Source of the DNA: Planctomycetia bacterium TMED53
GTDB taxonomy: Bacteria > Planctomycetota > UBA8108 > UBA1146
Length of the DNA stretch: 64,000 nt
Direction: 5' to 3'
NCBI GenBank assembly: GCA_002167285.1
Contig: NHDG01000060.1
Coordinates: 6,208 to 70,207, forward strand
Shown: piece by piece, positions 1 through 9,938 of the stretch
How positions within the stretch are numbered: the stretch's first letter is position 1
How the letters are laid out: the number at the start of each line of letters is the position of its first letter
Position numbers and translations under genes: made by a program
Notes under the pieces: generated by a model
Databases searched by the model: none
Told to the model about the DNA's origin: nothing
The model's input: the letters and a program-made list of their open reading frames with translations, nothing else

Positions 1-2629
1 CATGAACGAGAGTTCCTAAACGGAGAGACCTTCTTCTTTCAGCGGTCAGGCGAATCGCTTTCTGTGAGGCCCGCTTTTGATCTTCTCTGGAGGCCGCAGG
101 GTCAATTTTTCGTTGGGATATCGGAGACCGATCAGCTGCGGAGCTTTTACCGGATGAGAAATCTGCGGGCTTTCCACATTGGTAGAGTGTGTTTCCAGGA
201 TTTCGCTCTGAATCATCAGCAAGCGTTGATACGAGCAAAGAGGAGTACGTCGCCTCGTAGTAATCACCTTTCTTGCCGGGTGGAGGCAGAAGCATCGTCA
301 ATGTGTGCCGTGCGCGAGTCATGGCCACATACAAGAGGCTCAAGGCTTCACTAAGCCTGTGGTTCCTCGACTGCTGATGCATTTCTGGGAAAGGTTCACC
401 AACGAGGCTCAACTGCTTTTCTGCGACATATCTGGACAAGTTTTGAGGTTGGGATTCATGTTCCAGGCTGAGAATTTGAGGAGTTGGTGTAAACCAGCGA
501 AGATTCAGTTCCGGAAGGATGACCGCATCAAACTCTAGTCCCTTGGCTTGGTGAACCGTCATTACTTGTACTGGGGAGCCTCCCGGTCTCGGAACTGGCC
601 GCTGGCGCAAAGCCGTAATCAAATCAGCGAGTCTGAGACCATGAAAACCGAGGCTTCGTACTTGCTCCATGAATTGAGAGATTCTCAATTGCTCTTCATC
701 GGGTAGGAGACGAGAGAATGCGTCGCAGATAGGGCCAAATGTTTCGGCCAGACCTGTATCAAAAATTTGTTTGCGTAAATTTGATAGTACGTCTTCCCAG
801 TCATCTTCTTGCTGCCAATGAAGGATTTGTGGGAGGGGAGAGTTTTGGACTGCGCATTTCATCATCCCATCGTCGGGATGCTCTATCGCGTCGATGAGCG
901 CCAAAAGTCTGCCGACAGCGGGTGAATCGGTGAGCGGGTTTCCACGTTCTTCACTCGCCTCTATCCCTCGAGCTTTCAGAGCAGCCACTAAGCGAGAGAT
1001 TTGTTGGTTTTTGCGTAAAAGGATGGCGATGCTGCCATCGGCTGATAATGTCCTCAGCCGTTCCACCTCTTCAAGAGTTTCTAGATATGGCCATACCTTT
1101 TCAGCTTTATCAGGGAACTCCGGCGCGATCCTCAACGTCACATGACCGTCGGGCTTTTGTCCTAACGGAGTTGCAACCTTGTGTTCAGTAAAGAGGGATG
1201 ACCAAGTATCGATAGAAGGTTGATCTCCTTCCTTTGGAGCATTCGGCGATAGATGATTGAAGGTTTGGTTGACGGTCGAAATCACAGGGTCTGAAGATCG
1301 CCACGACTCGTCGAATTGAACCTCGGAATCAGGGAGTAGTTTGCTGGCGAAGAGATCCATCACCTCGGCGCGTCCACCTCGCCAGCCATAAATCGCCTGC
1401 TTGCTATCTCCAACGCAAAAGAGGGTGCGCCCTCCAGCGCTGTCTGAAGCGAGCTCTTCGATCAAGGGGGCCAGGACTGCAAATTGTATGAAAGAGGTGT
1501 CCTGAAACTCATCGAGGAGGATATGGCGAACGGCAGCATCCATTCGATCGTCGATCAGTCCCGGTTGACCAAAAATACGAGCGTGTAAAAGGGCGACTGG
1601 AACATCACTGTAGTTGAGTCCACCCTGTTCTTTTAGGCCTCGGTTCCTGAATTCGTCATACTGACTCAAGAATTGTCCTGTAGATAAATTTTGTGTACGG
1701 ATGAGGTTACAGAATTCACTGCTGATTTGATCGAGGAAGACGCCTATCAACCGACATAGATCTTCAGGGATCTCTCTCCGATAAAAACTCAAATCACCAC
1801 TGACGACTTTTGATGCGAGGCCTGTTTTGCAAACTTCCAGTCTTTTAAGCAAGTCTTCTGACCATGCATTTCGAATGGAGTCCAGGGACTCTTCCCATTT
1901 CGTCAGCTTCTCATTGGATTTGTTGGTTGGGCAAGGGTATCGAACGAGCTCATCGAAGGCTCGATCGAGTTGATCTGAATCCGGCCCCAATTTTTCGGCT
2001 GGTAAATCCCAAGCTGATTCGGGAAACTCGCGCCACTTTTCATGAAATTGGGTGACGAGTCGATCAAGATCGGCAGCAACTTGGCTCCCAAGGCTTCCCT
2101 TGTTGAGGCGGTGCATCAAGTTTCGTGCTCCCGTGCTTCCTTGAGCACTGAGGATCTTTTGGATTGAGCTGGAACGTACCTTGGCAAGAATCTCCTCGTC
2201 GAGGATCTGCCAGCCCGGAGTAAGGCCGCATTCAAATGTGAACCCGGTGGCTACTTTCGAAAAGAAGGCGTCGAGAGTCGATACCTGACAGCGGTGCAAT
2301 TGAGAGAGGAGTTCGGTCAATGCCGGTTTGATCCATTGATTTTTTGCCTCTTCGTTGGAACAGGAACGCATCGATTGGGATAATTCTGCGAAACCTTCTG
2401 CTTGCAGAGCACTGAGCAGTTCTTCCAGACCCTCTTTGGAGAGTGCGCCAAGTAGACGCTCGAGGATCCGTTCCATGATTTCACCTGCTGCGCTCCTTGT
2501 GAAAGTGACAGCGAGAATCGAATCAGCGGGTTCACCGCTGAGGATTAATCCGAGGTAACGAGTTGTCAGTGCATACGTTTTTCCTGAGCCTGCACTGGCA
2601 CGGATCATCCGATGATAGGGGAAGCTCAT
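1..2629 (-). CDS. UvrD/AddA-type ATP-dependent DNA helicase (C-terminus cut by window edge)
   Basis: Absent from the ORF track because it runs off the window. Hand translation from the ATG at 2629 gives MSFPYHRMIRASAGSGKTYALT (Walker A), LLDEFQDT (motif II, ~1500-1530), VGDSKQAIYGWRGG (~1385-1430), TVHQAKGLEFD (~540-580) and LLYVAMTRAR (~305-340). I checked the last ~340 nt codon by codon and found no stop down to nt 1. The start overlaps the upstream stop as ATGA (2626-2629). Confidence 0.8.
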   Translation of the reverse strand, partial: MSFPYHRMIRASAGSGKTYALTTRYLGLILSGEPADSILAVTFTRSAAGEIMERILERLLGALSKEGLEELLSALQAEGFAELSQSMRSCSNEEAKNQWIKPALTELLSQLHRCQVSTLDAFFSKVATGFTFECGLTPGWQILDEEILAKVRSSSIQKILSAQGSTGARNLMHRLNKGSLGSQVAADLDRLVTQFHEKWREFPESAWDLPAEKLGPDSDQLDRAFDELVRYPCPTNKSNEKLTKWEESLDSIRNAWSEDLLKRLEVCKTGLASKVVSGDLSFYRREIPEDLCRLIGVFLDQISSEFCNLIRTQNLSTGQFLSQYDEFRNRGLKEQGGLNYSDVPVALLHARIFGQPGLIDDRMDAAVRHILLDEFQDTSFIQFAVLAPLIEELASDSAGGRTLFCVGDSKQAIYGWRGGRAEVMDLFASKLLPDSEVQFDESWRSSDPVISTVNQTFNHLSPNAPKEGDQPSIDTWSSLFTEHKVATPLGQKPDGHVTLRIAPEFPDKAEKVWPYLETLEEVERLRTLSADGSIAILLRKNQQISRLVAALKARGIEASEERGNPLTDSPAVGRLLALIDAIEHPDDGMMKCAVQNSPLPQILHWQQEDDWEDVLSNLRKQIFDTGLAETFGPICDAFSRLLPDEEQLRISQFMEQVRSLGFHGLRLADLITALRQRPVPRPGGSPVQVMTVHQAKGLEFDAVILPELNLRWFTPTPQILSLEHESQPQNLSRYVAEKQLSLVGEPFPEMHQQSRNHRLSEALSLLYVAMTRARHTLTMLLPPPGKKGDYYEATYSSLLVSTLADDSERNPGNTLYQCGKPADFSSGKSSAADRSPISQRKIDPAASREDQKRASQKAIRLTAERRRSLRLGTLVH

Positions 2630-5403
2630 CTTTCACTTCCTTCCCCAGTTTCATCATCGAGAGCAGACAGGCTTGATTCTGCATCGATCACCACTCCTGC
2701 AAATGCTCTGTCCCATGGTGCCGATAGGGTCTGAAGGACCCACTCTTCAGGAGAGAGCAATTCTGCTGCGATCTCATGCGCAACCTCGATGGCATCGGTG
2801 TAATCTTCTTCTGTCCATTTTGCGATTTGCAGTGAGTTGACAGATGTTTTTCCCGGTAGCAGGAAATAGCCAACTTCCACATCGTCGGGCAATGATTTCC
2901 CTTCGATCAAAAGTGAGGAAGCAAAATGCCGATAGAGTGGCAGTTGTAGTTTCTTCCAATCCTGTTGTTTACCAGCACTTCTCCCGTGATCCTTTTCTGG
3001 GGAAACGCCCTGTTCACTCGTTTTGTAGTCGAGAATGCGCCATTTTCTTTTCTCAGGATGGTAGTCAACCCGATCGATTCGACCAGAGACGCCAAGTTCA
3101 GAACCATCGACCTTCAGTTTGCATGTCTGCGGGTTGAGCTGAATCTCGGTCGCCATGATGCGCCATCCTTGAAAGCGCAATTTGGCCTGCTCTTGAGACC
3201 AAATCTCCAGACGAGCACGGGCTTGTTCGATTTGAACCAATACCGCAGCTCGTGGATGTTTTGCGAGCTTTGTCTTGCGATATTTTTCCAAGAGTTGGTT
3301 GGCAGCTTCAAGGATTTCCTCGGCCTCCTTGAGATCCCGATACTTCTCTGAATCCCCGTATTTTTCGAGGACCCAATGAATCATATTCCCGAAGGCCATC
3401 GGGTTCAGTTGCCGCTCTCGATCATGACTCTCTGAGTAACCAAGCTGTCTCTCCAGTTGGTAGAGAACCGGATCCAGGATCCAGCGCGAAAACCCCGTCA
3501 CAGAGATCTTTTCTGGAGTGGGTGTGTCGATCCACTTGGGAGGTCCCAATTCAACAGTGTCTTCGGATGGGGGTGAGGATGGTTCCATCAGGCGAATGCG
3601 TTTTTGCGGATCGAGAAAGTGTTTTAAACGATCGACCCCCGAGTCTCCCCTGAGTAGTAATCGCGATGGGAGTTGCGGATTACCTTGGGAATCCCGCGCT
3701 GAGATGGCGAGAACGACATCTTTGCGACCATCCAACAGGTTAAAGAGGAGATGGGTATCGCGAGCGACGCGCTCTTCATAGCCGGGAATGTTTAGTTCCC
3801 TGCGTAATGATTCGGGAATGAAAGGGTCAGCGTTGAGAGATCCCGATAGCTTGCCCTCATTGATTCCTGTCAAGATGAGGTTGGGCGTATTATCCAGAGG
3901 TAACTCGAGCCACCCCAGGCCCTCGATCGACAATGGCTCTGCCTTTTCTGCGATGGGCGTATCTTCAGTCAAAGCACAAACCAGACCGGCAAAACTCTCT
4001 GCAGAGATGGCTATGGAAGAATCCAAGCCGCACTCACGTAATTTTTCTAAAGTGTCGAACAGGATCTCATCTTCACCTTCGGGAAGAAGTGGGAGACCTG
4101 TTTCATCTGCGCCGAGAAGATTCACCAGGACTTCAAGAAATTGATCAACTCTTTGATCGAGCTGAATGTCCTCTCGATTCATAGGTTGGAATTGTTCACG
4201 TAGGTAAGTCACGGTACCTGGTGCACTCGGGTCCTCTGCGAGGGTTGGTTGACGTTGGGTACTCCAGTGGTCGATCTCCCCCAGGATTCCCAGCTTTTTC
4301 TTTTTCGTCGAGGTGTTTAAAGGGAGACGATTAAAGACGTCAGGATGCCTGACGAGAGCAGAATACGACGAGAAGGAATCGCTTGAGACGGCTTGCCGAA
4401 TTCCATCCAGGAGACGACCTGTAGAGCCCTGGGAATACGGCTTACCGGAAGCCAAATGCAGCTTCAGTTTTTGACGCCGCAGTCCCTCTTCCAATGTTGG
4501 AATCTGATCTTCATCGAGGATTCCGAGCGACACATCGGAGACGTTTTTTATTGCAGAGTTACGGCAGATTTGGTCGATGACCGCCAAGGACAAATCTCGA
4601 GGTTGATCAGCGACGAGTAGGGGAATCGATTCGGGCATCAACACTTCTTGCCACATGATTGGAATTGGGCGTCCCCACTCGTCGTATCGGTCGGCGTAGC
4701 TGGGATCGGAATCGATCCAGACTTCGCAGTGACAATTGGCTTCTAGCCAATGACGGGTTTCAGCGGCCAACTCAGGGATTGTGATGAGGATGACTTTTTG
4801 ATGTGGATCTTTTGGTTGGGTTTGTTGGAACTCGAGAGGCTGAACGCCCCAGCTTCGAAGTAGATCCAATCGACGATTTTCTAAGTCTTCAAGTGCACGT
4901 AGTCGAAGGGCTGCGTCGGTATCCCGCTGTGACAGCAGATGCGCAGCAGCACCAGGGTTAGATCCCTCCTGTTTTAATTGACGGATACTTCGTGCAAAGA
5001 CCTGACTCAGTTTGAGGAGCCCCGTTGACGATGTGTGGATTTCTTCGTCGAGTCCCAAATACTCGCGTTCGGTTGAGGTGGCTTGTTGGAGAGTCAACAG
5101 CCAGGATAGGCGTTCCTCTGCTGGAGACACGAATGGGAGGGGGCCCTCGGCGAGAATCGAGGCGATTTGCCCGGGTGTTTCGATTTGTGGTGGAATCAAA
5201 CTCTGACTGCTGCTGTGGCAACGTGTAGAGAGCTCCCTGAGGAGTAGCCTGCAGGCACGTCGCCCCGGAAGGATCACCAAATAGTCTCGGAGATCGAGGG
5301 GCCCCCCCGCAGAGGGGCGAGTGGCAAGCCCTAGGAGCCGATCGGCGATTTCGCCGAGAATCGGCTGGGATTTGCCCAGAAAGACACGCTCTATCTTGCT
5401 CAT
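2626..5403 (-). CDS. PD-(D/E)XK nuclease family protein, AddB-like partner of the helicase
   Basis: 925-aa ORF. C-terminal motif GRIDRVDYHPEKRKWRILDYKTSEQ is a RecB-type nuclease core (D...D-Y-K). It is translationally coupled (ATGA) to the downstream UvrD-like gene. There is no intact Walker A at the N-terminus and no C-terminal Cys cluster. Confidence 0.65.
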   Translation of the reverse strand: MSKIERVFLGKSQPILGEIADRLLGLATRPSAGGPLDLRDYLVILPGRRACRLLLRELSTRCHSSSQSLIPPQIETPGQIASILAEGPLPFVSPAEERLSWLLTLQQATSTEREYLGLDEEIHTSSTGLLKLSQVFARSIRQLKQEGSNPGAAAHLLSQRDTDAALRLRALEDLENRRLDLLRSWGVQPLEFQQTQPKDPHQKVILITIPELAAETRHWLEANCHCEVWIDSDPSYADRYDEWGRPIPIMWQEVLMPESIPLLVADQPRDLSLAVIDQICRNSAIKNVSDVSLGILDEDQIPTLEEGLRRQKLKLHLASGKPYSQGSTGRLLDGIRQAVSSDSFSSYSALVRHPDVFNRLPLNTSTKKKKLGILGEIDHWSTQRQPTLAEDPSAPGTVTYLREQFQPMNREDIQLDQRVDQFLEVLVNLLGADETGLPLLPEGEDEILFDTLEKLRECGLDSSIAISAESFAGLVCALTEDTPIAEKAEPLSIEGLGWLELPLDNTPNLILTGINEGKLSGSLNADPFIPESLRRELNIPGYEERVARDTHLLFNLLDGRKDVVLAISARDSQGNPQLPSRLLLRGDSGVDRLKHFLDPQKRIRLMEPSSPPSEDTVELGPPKWIDTPTPEKISVTGFSRWILDPVLYQLERQLGYSESHDRERQLNPMAFGNMIHWVLEKYGDSEKYRDLKEAEEILEAANQLLEKYRKTKLAKHPRAAVLVQIEQARARLEIWSQEQAKLRFQGWRIMATEIQLNPQTCKLKVDGSELGVSGRIDRVDYHPEKRKWRILDYKTSEQGVSPEKDHGRSAGKQQDWKKLQLPLYRHFASSLLIEGKSLPDDVEVGYFLLPGKTSVNSLQIAKWTEEDYTDAIEVAHEIAAELLSPEEWVLQTLSAPWDRAFAGVVIDAESSLSALDDETGEGSER

Positions 5404-5537
5404 TGGACCTCCTCCCCCAAAGCCCCTGCCGGAGAATCCCGAGGGGCTCGCTAAGTCAGAACTTGAAGCCTGAAAACTTCCCCGTCAAGTGCGTCTCTCT
5501 GATGGCTTGAGGGCCTTCTCAAGGGTAAAGTCCAGAT

Positions 5538-7064
5538 ATGGCTTCTCGCACAGACCCCTCCTATGGATTCGTCATCGATAACCGCAGTTGCATCGGTTGC
5601 CACGCTTGTACTGTGGCCTGCAAAACCGAGCACTCGGACCCCGTTGGGATCAACAAGACATGGGTTCAATACCTCGAAAAAGGGGTACACCCACGGGCTG
5701 AGAGGGCCTTCCATGTCCTCCGCTGTAATCATTGTGCAGAAGCACCGTGTGTGGAAATTTGCCCAACTGCCAGTTTGTCGGTTCGTAAGGATGCCATCGT
5801 CGATTTCGATCCGGGTCGTTGCATCGGCTGCAAGGCATGCATGCAGGCTTGTCCATACGACGCCATCGATATCCACCCAGAAACCGGAACTGCGACCAAG
5901 TGCAACTATTGTAGTCACAGGGTCGATGCCGGTCGCGAACCCGCCTGCGCAGTCGTCTGTCCAACTGGGGCCATCGTTACCGGAGATATGGCCGATCCGG
6001 AGAGTCGTATCTCACGTCTGGTCGCAGGTGAGCCGACGATGGTCAGGAAACCCGAAAAGGGAACACGGCCAAAAATTCATTACATCGAGGGGCATGTGGA
6101 AGCACTCGATCCTCTCGCCAGTAACAGGCCGGTCCGTACCTTGTGGGGCCAAAGAAAACCGGATGGCACTGACGAAGCTGGAGTCACGGAATCGGAAATG
6201 GTCCGTGGAGCACCCACTCGCACCTACGACATTCAACAGCGCCATGCCCTCAGTTGGGGCTGGAAGGTTAGCGCCTATCTGTGGACCAAATCCATCGCAG
6301 CGGGTGCATTGATGGTGCCAGCATTGTTATGGCCCTTCGAACGGAGAAGTCTCGTCGATGGAGCGATGGATATTGCTTGGCCCTTAGCTTTCCTATTTAT
6401 GGCTCTGACCGGCGTCTTGCTGGTGGCAGACCTCAAGAGGCCGGAGAGGTTCCTCTGGGTGTTGCTGCGGCCTCAGTGGTCTTCCTGGCTCGTCAAAGGG
6501 GCCTATGGAATCACTCTCTACAATGGAGTCATCGTGCTCGGATGGTGGAGGGGTGAAAGTAGTGCAACCCTCCTGGGATCAGTACTGCTGATCTCGGCAG
6601 GAATTCTCGGAACCTTTGTTGCCGCTTATTCGGGTTGGTTGTTTGGGCAGGCCAAGGGGAGGGATATGTGGCAATCGGCACTTTCTCCTCTGCATCTGGC
6701 TCTGCAAGCCATCGTAGCGGGCACCGCAGCCCTTTGGATGTTGAGTCCTGAATTATTGGGCGATCTCAAGGGACTCTTGCTGATCGCACTGATCTTGGAG
6801 ACCCCATTCGTTCTCTTGGATGTCCATGGACGTCACTCTACCGAGGCAGCACGTCTGGCCGCAAAATCGATCCTGAAAGGGCGGCGCGGTTCCATCTATT
6901 GGGTGGGCATCCTTGGATTAGGCAAGCTATTGCCATTGCTATGGATCGGGCTTCTCGACACTTCCTCGACGGCAGCGGTTATCCCCGCAGTATTGGCATT
7001 GTTGGGGATCGCACTTTGGGAACATCTTTGGGTGGAGGCACCACAACGCCTCCCATTGGCTTGA
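5538..7064 (+). CDS. 4Fe-4S ferredoxin subunit (DmsB/PsrB/TtrB-like) fused to an NrfD/PsrC-like 8-TM quinone-interacting membrane anchor
   Basis: Four Cys clusters are present: CIGCHACTVACK, CNHCAEAPCVEICP, CIGCKACMQACP and CNYCSHRVDAGREPACAVVCP. About 8 hydrophobic helices follow in residues ~235-505. No RRxFLK twin-arginine motif. Confidence 0.8.
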   Translation: MASRTDPSYGFVIDNRSCIGCHACTVACKTEHSDPVGINKTWVQYLEKGVHPRAERAFHVLRCNHCAEAPCVEICPTASLSVRKDAIVDFDPGRCIGCKACMQACPYDAIDIHPETGTATKCNYCSHRVDAGREPACAVVCPTGAIVTGDMADPESRISRLVAGEPTMVRKPEKGTRPKIHYIEGHVEALDPLASNRPVRTLWGQRKPDGTDEAGVTESEMVRGAPTRTYDIQQRHALSWGWKVSAYLWTKSIAAGALMVPALLWPFERRSLVDGAMDIAWPLAFLFMALTGVLLVADLKRPERFLWVLLRPQWSSWLVKGAYGITLYNGVIVLGWWRGESSATLLGSVLLISAGILGTFVAAYSGWLFGQAKGRDMWQSALSPLHLALQAIVAGTAALWMLSPELLGDLKGLLLIALILETPFVLLDVHGRHSTEAARLAAKSILKGRRGSIYWVGILGLGKLLPLLWIGLLDTSSTAAVIPAVLALLGIALWEHLWVEAPQRLPLA

Positions 7065-7076
7065 GGAGAGAGCGGG

Positions 7077-9935
7077 ATGAGCCGGATCAGCTGGATCGAA
7101 AAACTCGCAGGCCTTCTCGGCTTGGTACCCAGAGAGCGGCGGTGGCCAGAGCCGAAGCCCCATGAGGAGGGTTTGGGAAAGGGTTTGCTTCGCTATCCTC
7201 CCTTTGAAAAGTGGCTCGATGTTGAAGAGCTCGATAGTAAACGCAAGCCACGCAGATTGGCGATGGTTCCAACCACCTGCTTCAACTGTGAAGCCGCCTG
7301 TGGATTGCTTGCAGCAGTGGATCGGGACAGCAGGGAAATCTTGCGACTGGAGGGGAATCCACTTCACCCTGGCAGCCGCGGGCGAAATTGTGCCAAAGGC
7401 CCGGCAACGCTGAATCAAGTTCAAGATCCGGAGAGAATCCTCCAGCCGATGCGCAGGGTTGGCCCCCGTGGTGAGGGCAAGTTTGAACCGATCAGTTGGG
7501 ATTCAGCACTCGACCAAATTGCACAATCGATTCGCGATTGCTTCGATGGCGATCGTCATGATGAGGTGATGTACCACGTCGGAAGACCTGGCCACGAAGG
7601 TTCCGTCGAAAGAGTCCTTCAGGCATGGGGAATCGATGGCCACAACAGTCACACGACCGTTTGTTCGGCGAGTGCACGAGCGGGGTATCAGTTTACGTGG
7701 GGTTTTGATCGCCCTGCTCCCGATCATGCCAACGCACAGTTGATCCTCTTGTTGAGTGCTCACTTGGAGTCGGGGCATTACTTCAATCCCCATGCGCAGA
7801 GAATCATGGATGCGAAGCAGAGTGGGGCTCGCATCGTCGTCCTCGACCCGCGTTTATCAAACACGGCAGCCAAAGCAGATCTGTGGCTTCCGACAAGGCC
7901 GGGGACAGAGGGAGCCGTATTGCTCGCGGCGTTGAGAATCTTGATCGAAGAGGATCGTATCGATCGACAGTTTGTCCATGACTGGGTCGATTGGAGAGGG
8001 TATCTGAAGGAGCTTCACAGTTCTGAGGTCCCTTCCTTGGAAAACTTCCTGAGTAAGTTTTCCAAGCATTTGGAAAAGTGGACGCCCAGTGAAGCTGAAA
8101 GTTATGCAGGTCTCGAAGAGGGAAGTGTTCGCAAGCTCGCAGACGAGATTGCCCGGGCCGGATCTCGCATAGCTGCCCATTGCTGGAGAAGTGCTGCGAG
8201 TGGAAATCTGGGCGGATGGCAGATCGCCAGGTCTCTGGCGATTCTAAATGCCTTTACCGGTTCTTTGGGTGTGGAGGGGGGAACCTCCCCTGCGGGTTGG
8301 AATAAATTCAAGCCGAACTTCTTCTCGATGCCGGATCCGGGTAAACGATGGAATGAACTGATTTGGCCACGTCAGTATCCCACCTCGTTTTATGAGATGA
8401 GCCACTTACTTCCCCATCTTGTTGAAGATGGAGTCGGCAAGATTGGCGTTTACTTCACTCGTGTCTTCAATCCTGTTTGGACTTATCCCGATGGCATGTC
8501 GTGGATGCGGATGCTCGAAGATGAGTCGAAGGTGGGATTGCACGTCGCGTTAACTCCGACGTGGAATGAAACCGCTTATTATGCTGACTTGGTGCTGCCG
8601 ATGGGGCATTCAACGGAGCGGCATGACGTGCAAAGCCTTGAAACCCATTCTGCTCGCTGGCTTTCATTCCGACAGCCCGTGTTTAGGGCGTTGGCAAGGC
8701 TCGAAGGCAAGCCGAGTGACGACACTCGCGGGTTCAACCCTGGAGAAGTCTGGGAGGAAGACGAATTCTGGATTGAGCTCTCTTGGCGAATCGACCCCGA
8801 TGGGTCATTGGGGATCAGAAAACACTTCGAATCTCCTTACAGGCCTGGTGAGAAGGTCTCCGTAGAAGAGCAGTACCGGCATATGTTCGAGAACAGTGTT
8901 CCTGGTCTTCCTGAAGCGGCCTCCGAAAAGAACATGTCTCCGATGGAGTACATGACACGGGTAGGTGCACATGAACTTCCGGGTGAAGCGTATGAACTGC
9001 ACCGGCATGAAGTCGAACTGGGTGCTGGTGAGGTTCCAGTCGTCGATCCACAGACCGGCCTCGCGAAAGTGGATGGGAAAGTGATCGGGGTGGCAGTCGA
9101 TGGGGCAATCCGAAAAGGTTTCCCGACCCCAAGCCGAAGAATTGAGATTTATTCGGGAATCCTCGATCAGTGGGGATTTAAGGATGAGGCTCTTCCTGGA
9201 GTTCCTGCCAGTCATGTCGGCCCGGAAGCGTTGGATCCGGAGAAAGGAATCTACGTCCTTGTTCCCACCTTCCGCTTACCGACGATGATTCATTCCAGAT
9301 CGGCCAATTCGAAGCACCTGATGGAAATCTCCCATTCAAACCCTGTCTGGATCCATCCTGAAGATGCCGATCGCCATGGAATTGAAGACGGATCTCTGGT
9401 CAGGGTTGAGACAGAAATCGGTCATTTCGTGAATCGGGCCCGGGTGACTGACGGGATTCGAACCGGGGTCATCGCATGCTCCCACCATATGGGCCGTTGG
9501 CGTAAAGAAGACGGCCCTGGATCGCGCTGGAGCAGTGCCACCGTGAAGTTTGAAGACCTTCCAGACGGATCGACCCGTATGCGCAGGATTACAGGTTCAG
9601 AGCCATTCGAAAGTAGCGATGAGGATAGTGCTAGGACTTGGTGGGACGAGAGTGGTGTTCATCAAAATCTGGCGTTCCCAGTGCAAACGGATCCGGTCAG
9701 TGGAATGCACTGCTGGCATCAAAAGGTGCGATTGTCGGTAGCCCAAAAGGGAGATCAGTACGGAGATGTGGTCGTCGATCGGGAGAAGTCCCGTCAGGCC
9801 CATCGTAATTGGTTAGAGTTGGCACGTCCGGCTTCGCCCGATCGAAATGACGGAATGCGCAGACCGACAGAAATCCCAAGGCCGTTGGGTAGGGCGCCAG
9901 AGGCTTATCGATTCAAGCCTGAGTCAGGAGATTGA
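7077..9935 (+). CDS. Molybdopterin (bis-MGD) oxidoreductase catalytic subunit, substrate unknown
   Basis: 952 aa. The N-terminal FS0 motif CFNCEAACGL is followed by ...C (C-x2-C-x3-C-xn-C). Size and layout fit the DMSO-reductase superfamily, and the gene sits directly downstream of the Fe-S/membrane subunit. No Tat signal. Confidence 0.8.
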   Translation: MSRISWIEKLAGLLGLVPRERRWPEPKPHEEGLGKGLLRYPPFEKWLDVEELDSKRKPRRLAMVPTTCFNCEAACGLLAAVDRDSREILRLEGNPLHPGSRGRNCAKGPATLNQVQDPERILQPMRRVGPRGEGKFEPISWDSALDQIAQSIRDCFDGDRHDEVMYHVGRPGHEGSVERVLQAWGIDGHNSHTTVCSASARAGYQFTWGFDRPAPDHANAQLILLLSAHLESGHYFNPHAQRIMDAKQSGARIVVLDPRLSNTAAKADLWLPTRPGTEGAVLLAALRILIEEDRIDRQFVHDWVDWRGYLKELHSSEVPSLENFLSKFSKHLEKWTPSEAESYAGLEEGSVRKLADEIARAGSRIAAHCWRSAASGNLGGWQIARSLAILNAFTGSLGVEGGTSPAGWNKFKPNFFSMPDPGKRWNELIWPRQYPTSFYEMSHLLPHLVEDGVGKIGVYFTRVFNPVWTYPDGMSWMRMLEDESKVGLHVALTPTWNETAYYADLVLPMGHSTERHDVQSLETHSARWLSFRQPVFRALARLEGKPSDDTRGFNPGEVWEEDEFWIELSWRIDPDGSLGIRKHFESPYRPGEKVSVEEQYRHMFENSVPGLPEAASEKNMSPMEYMTRVGAHELPGEAYELHRHEVELGAGEVPVVDPQTGLAKVDGKVIGVAVDGAIRKGFPTPSRRIEIYSGILDQWGFKDEALPGVPASHVGPEALDPEKGIYVLVPTFRLPTMIHSRSANSKHLMEISHSNPVWIHPEDADRHGIEDGSLVRVETEIGHFVNRARVTDGIRTGVIACSHHMGRWRKEDGPGSRWSSATVKFEDLPDGSTRMRRITGSEPFESSDEDSARTWWDESGVHQNLAFPVQTDPVSGMHCWHQKVRLSVAQKGDQYGDVVVDREKSRQAHRNWLELARPASPDRNDGMRRPTEIPRPLGRAPEAYRFKPESGD

Positions 9936-9938
9936 AGA

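Noticed and set aside
5404-5537. Possible Moco riboswitch in front of the molybdoenzyme operon
   Set aside because: The gap is only ~134 nt and is shared with a divergent promoter. I see one 6-bp hairpin (GCCCCT/AGGGGC) but none of the conserved Moco-motif features I remember. An Rfam scan would be needed.
5451-6312. ORFs 5451..5918 (-, 155 aa) and 5563..6312 (+, 249 aa) overlapping the Fe-S subunit gene
   Set aside because: They are alternative-frame or antisense ORFs within a gene whose own frame shows four canonical ferredoxin Cys motifs. Neither has supporting motifs.
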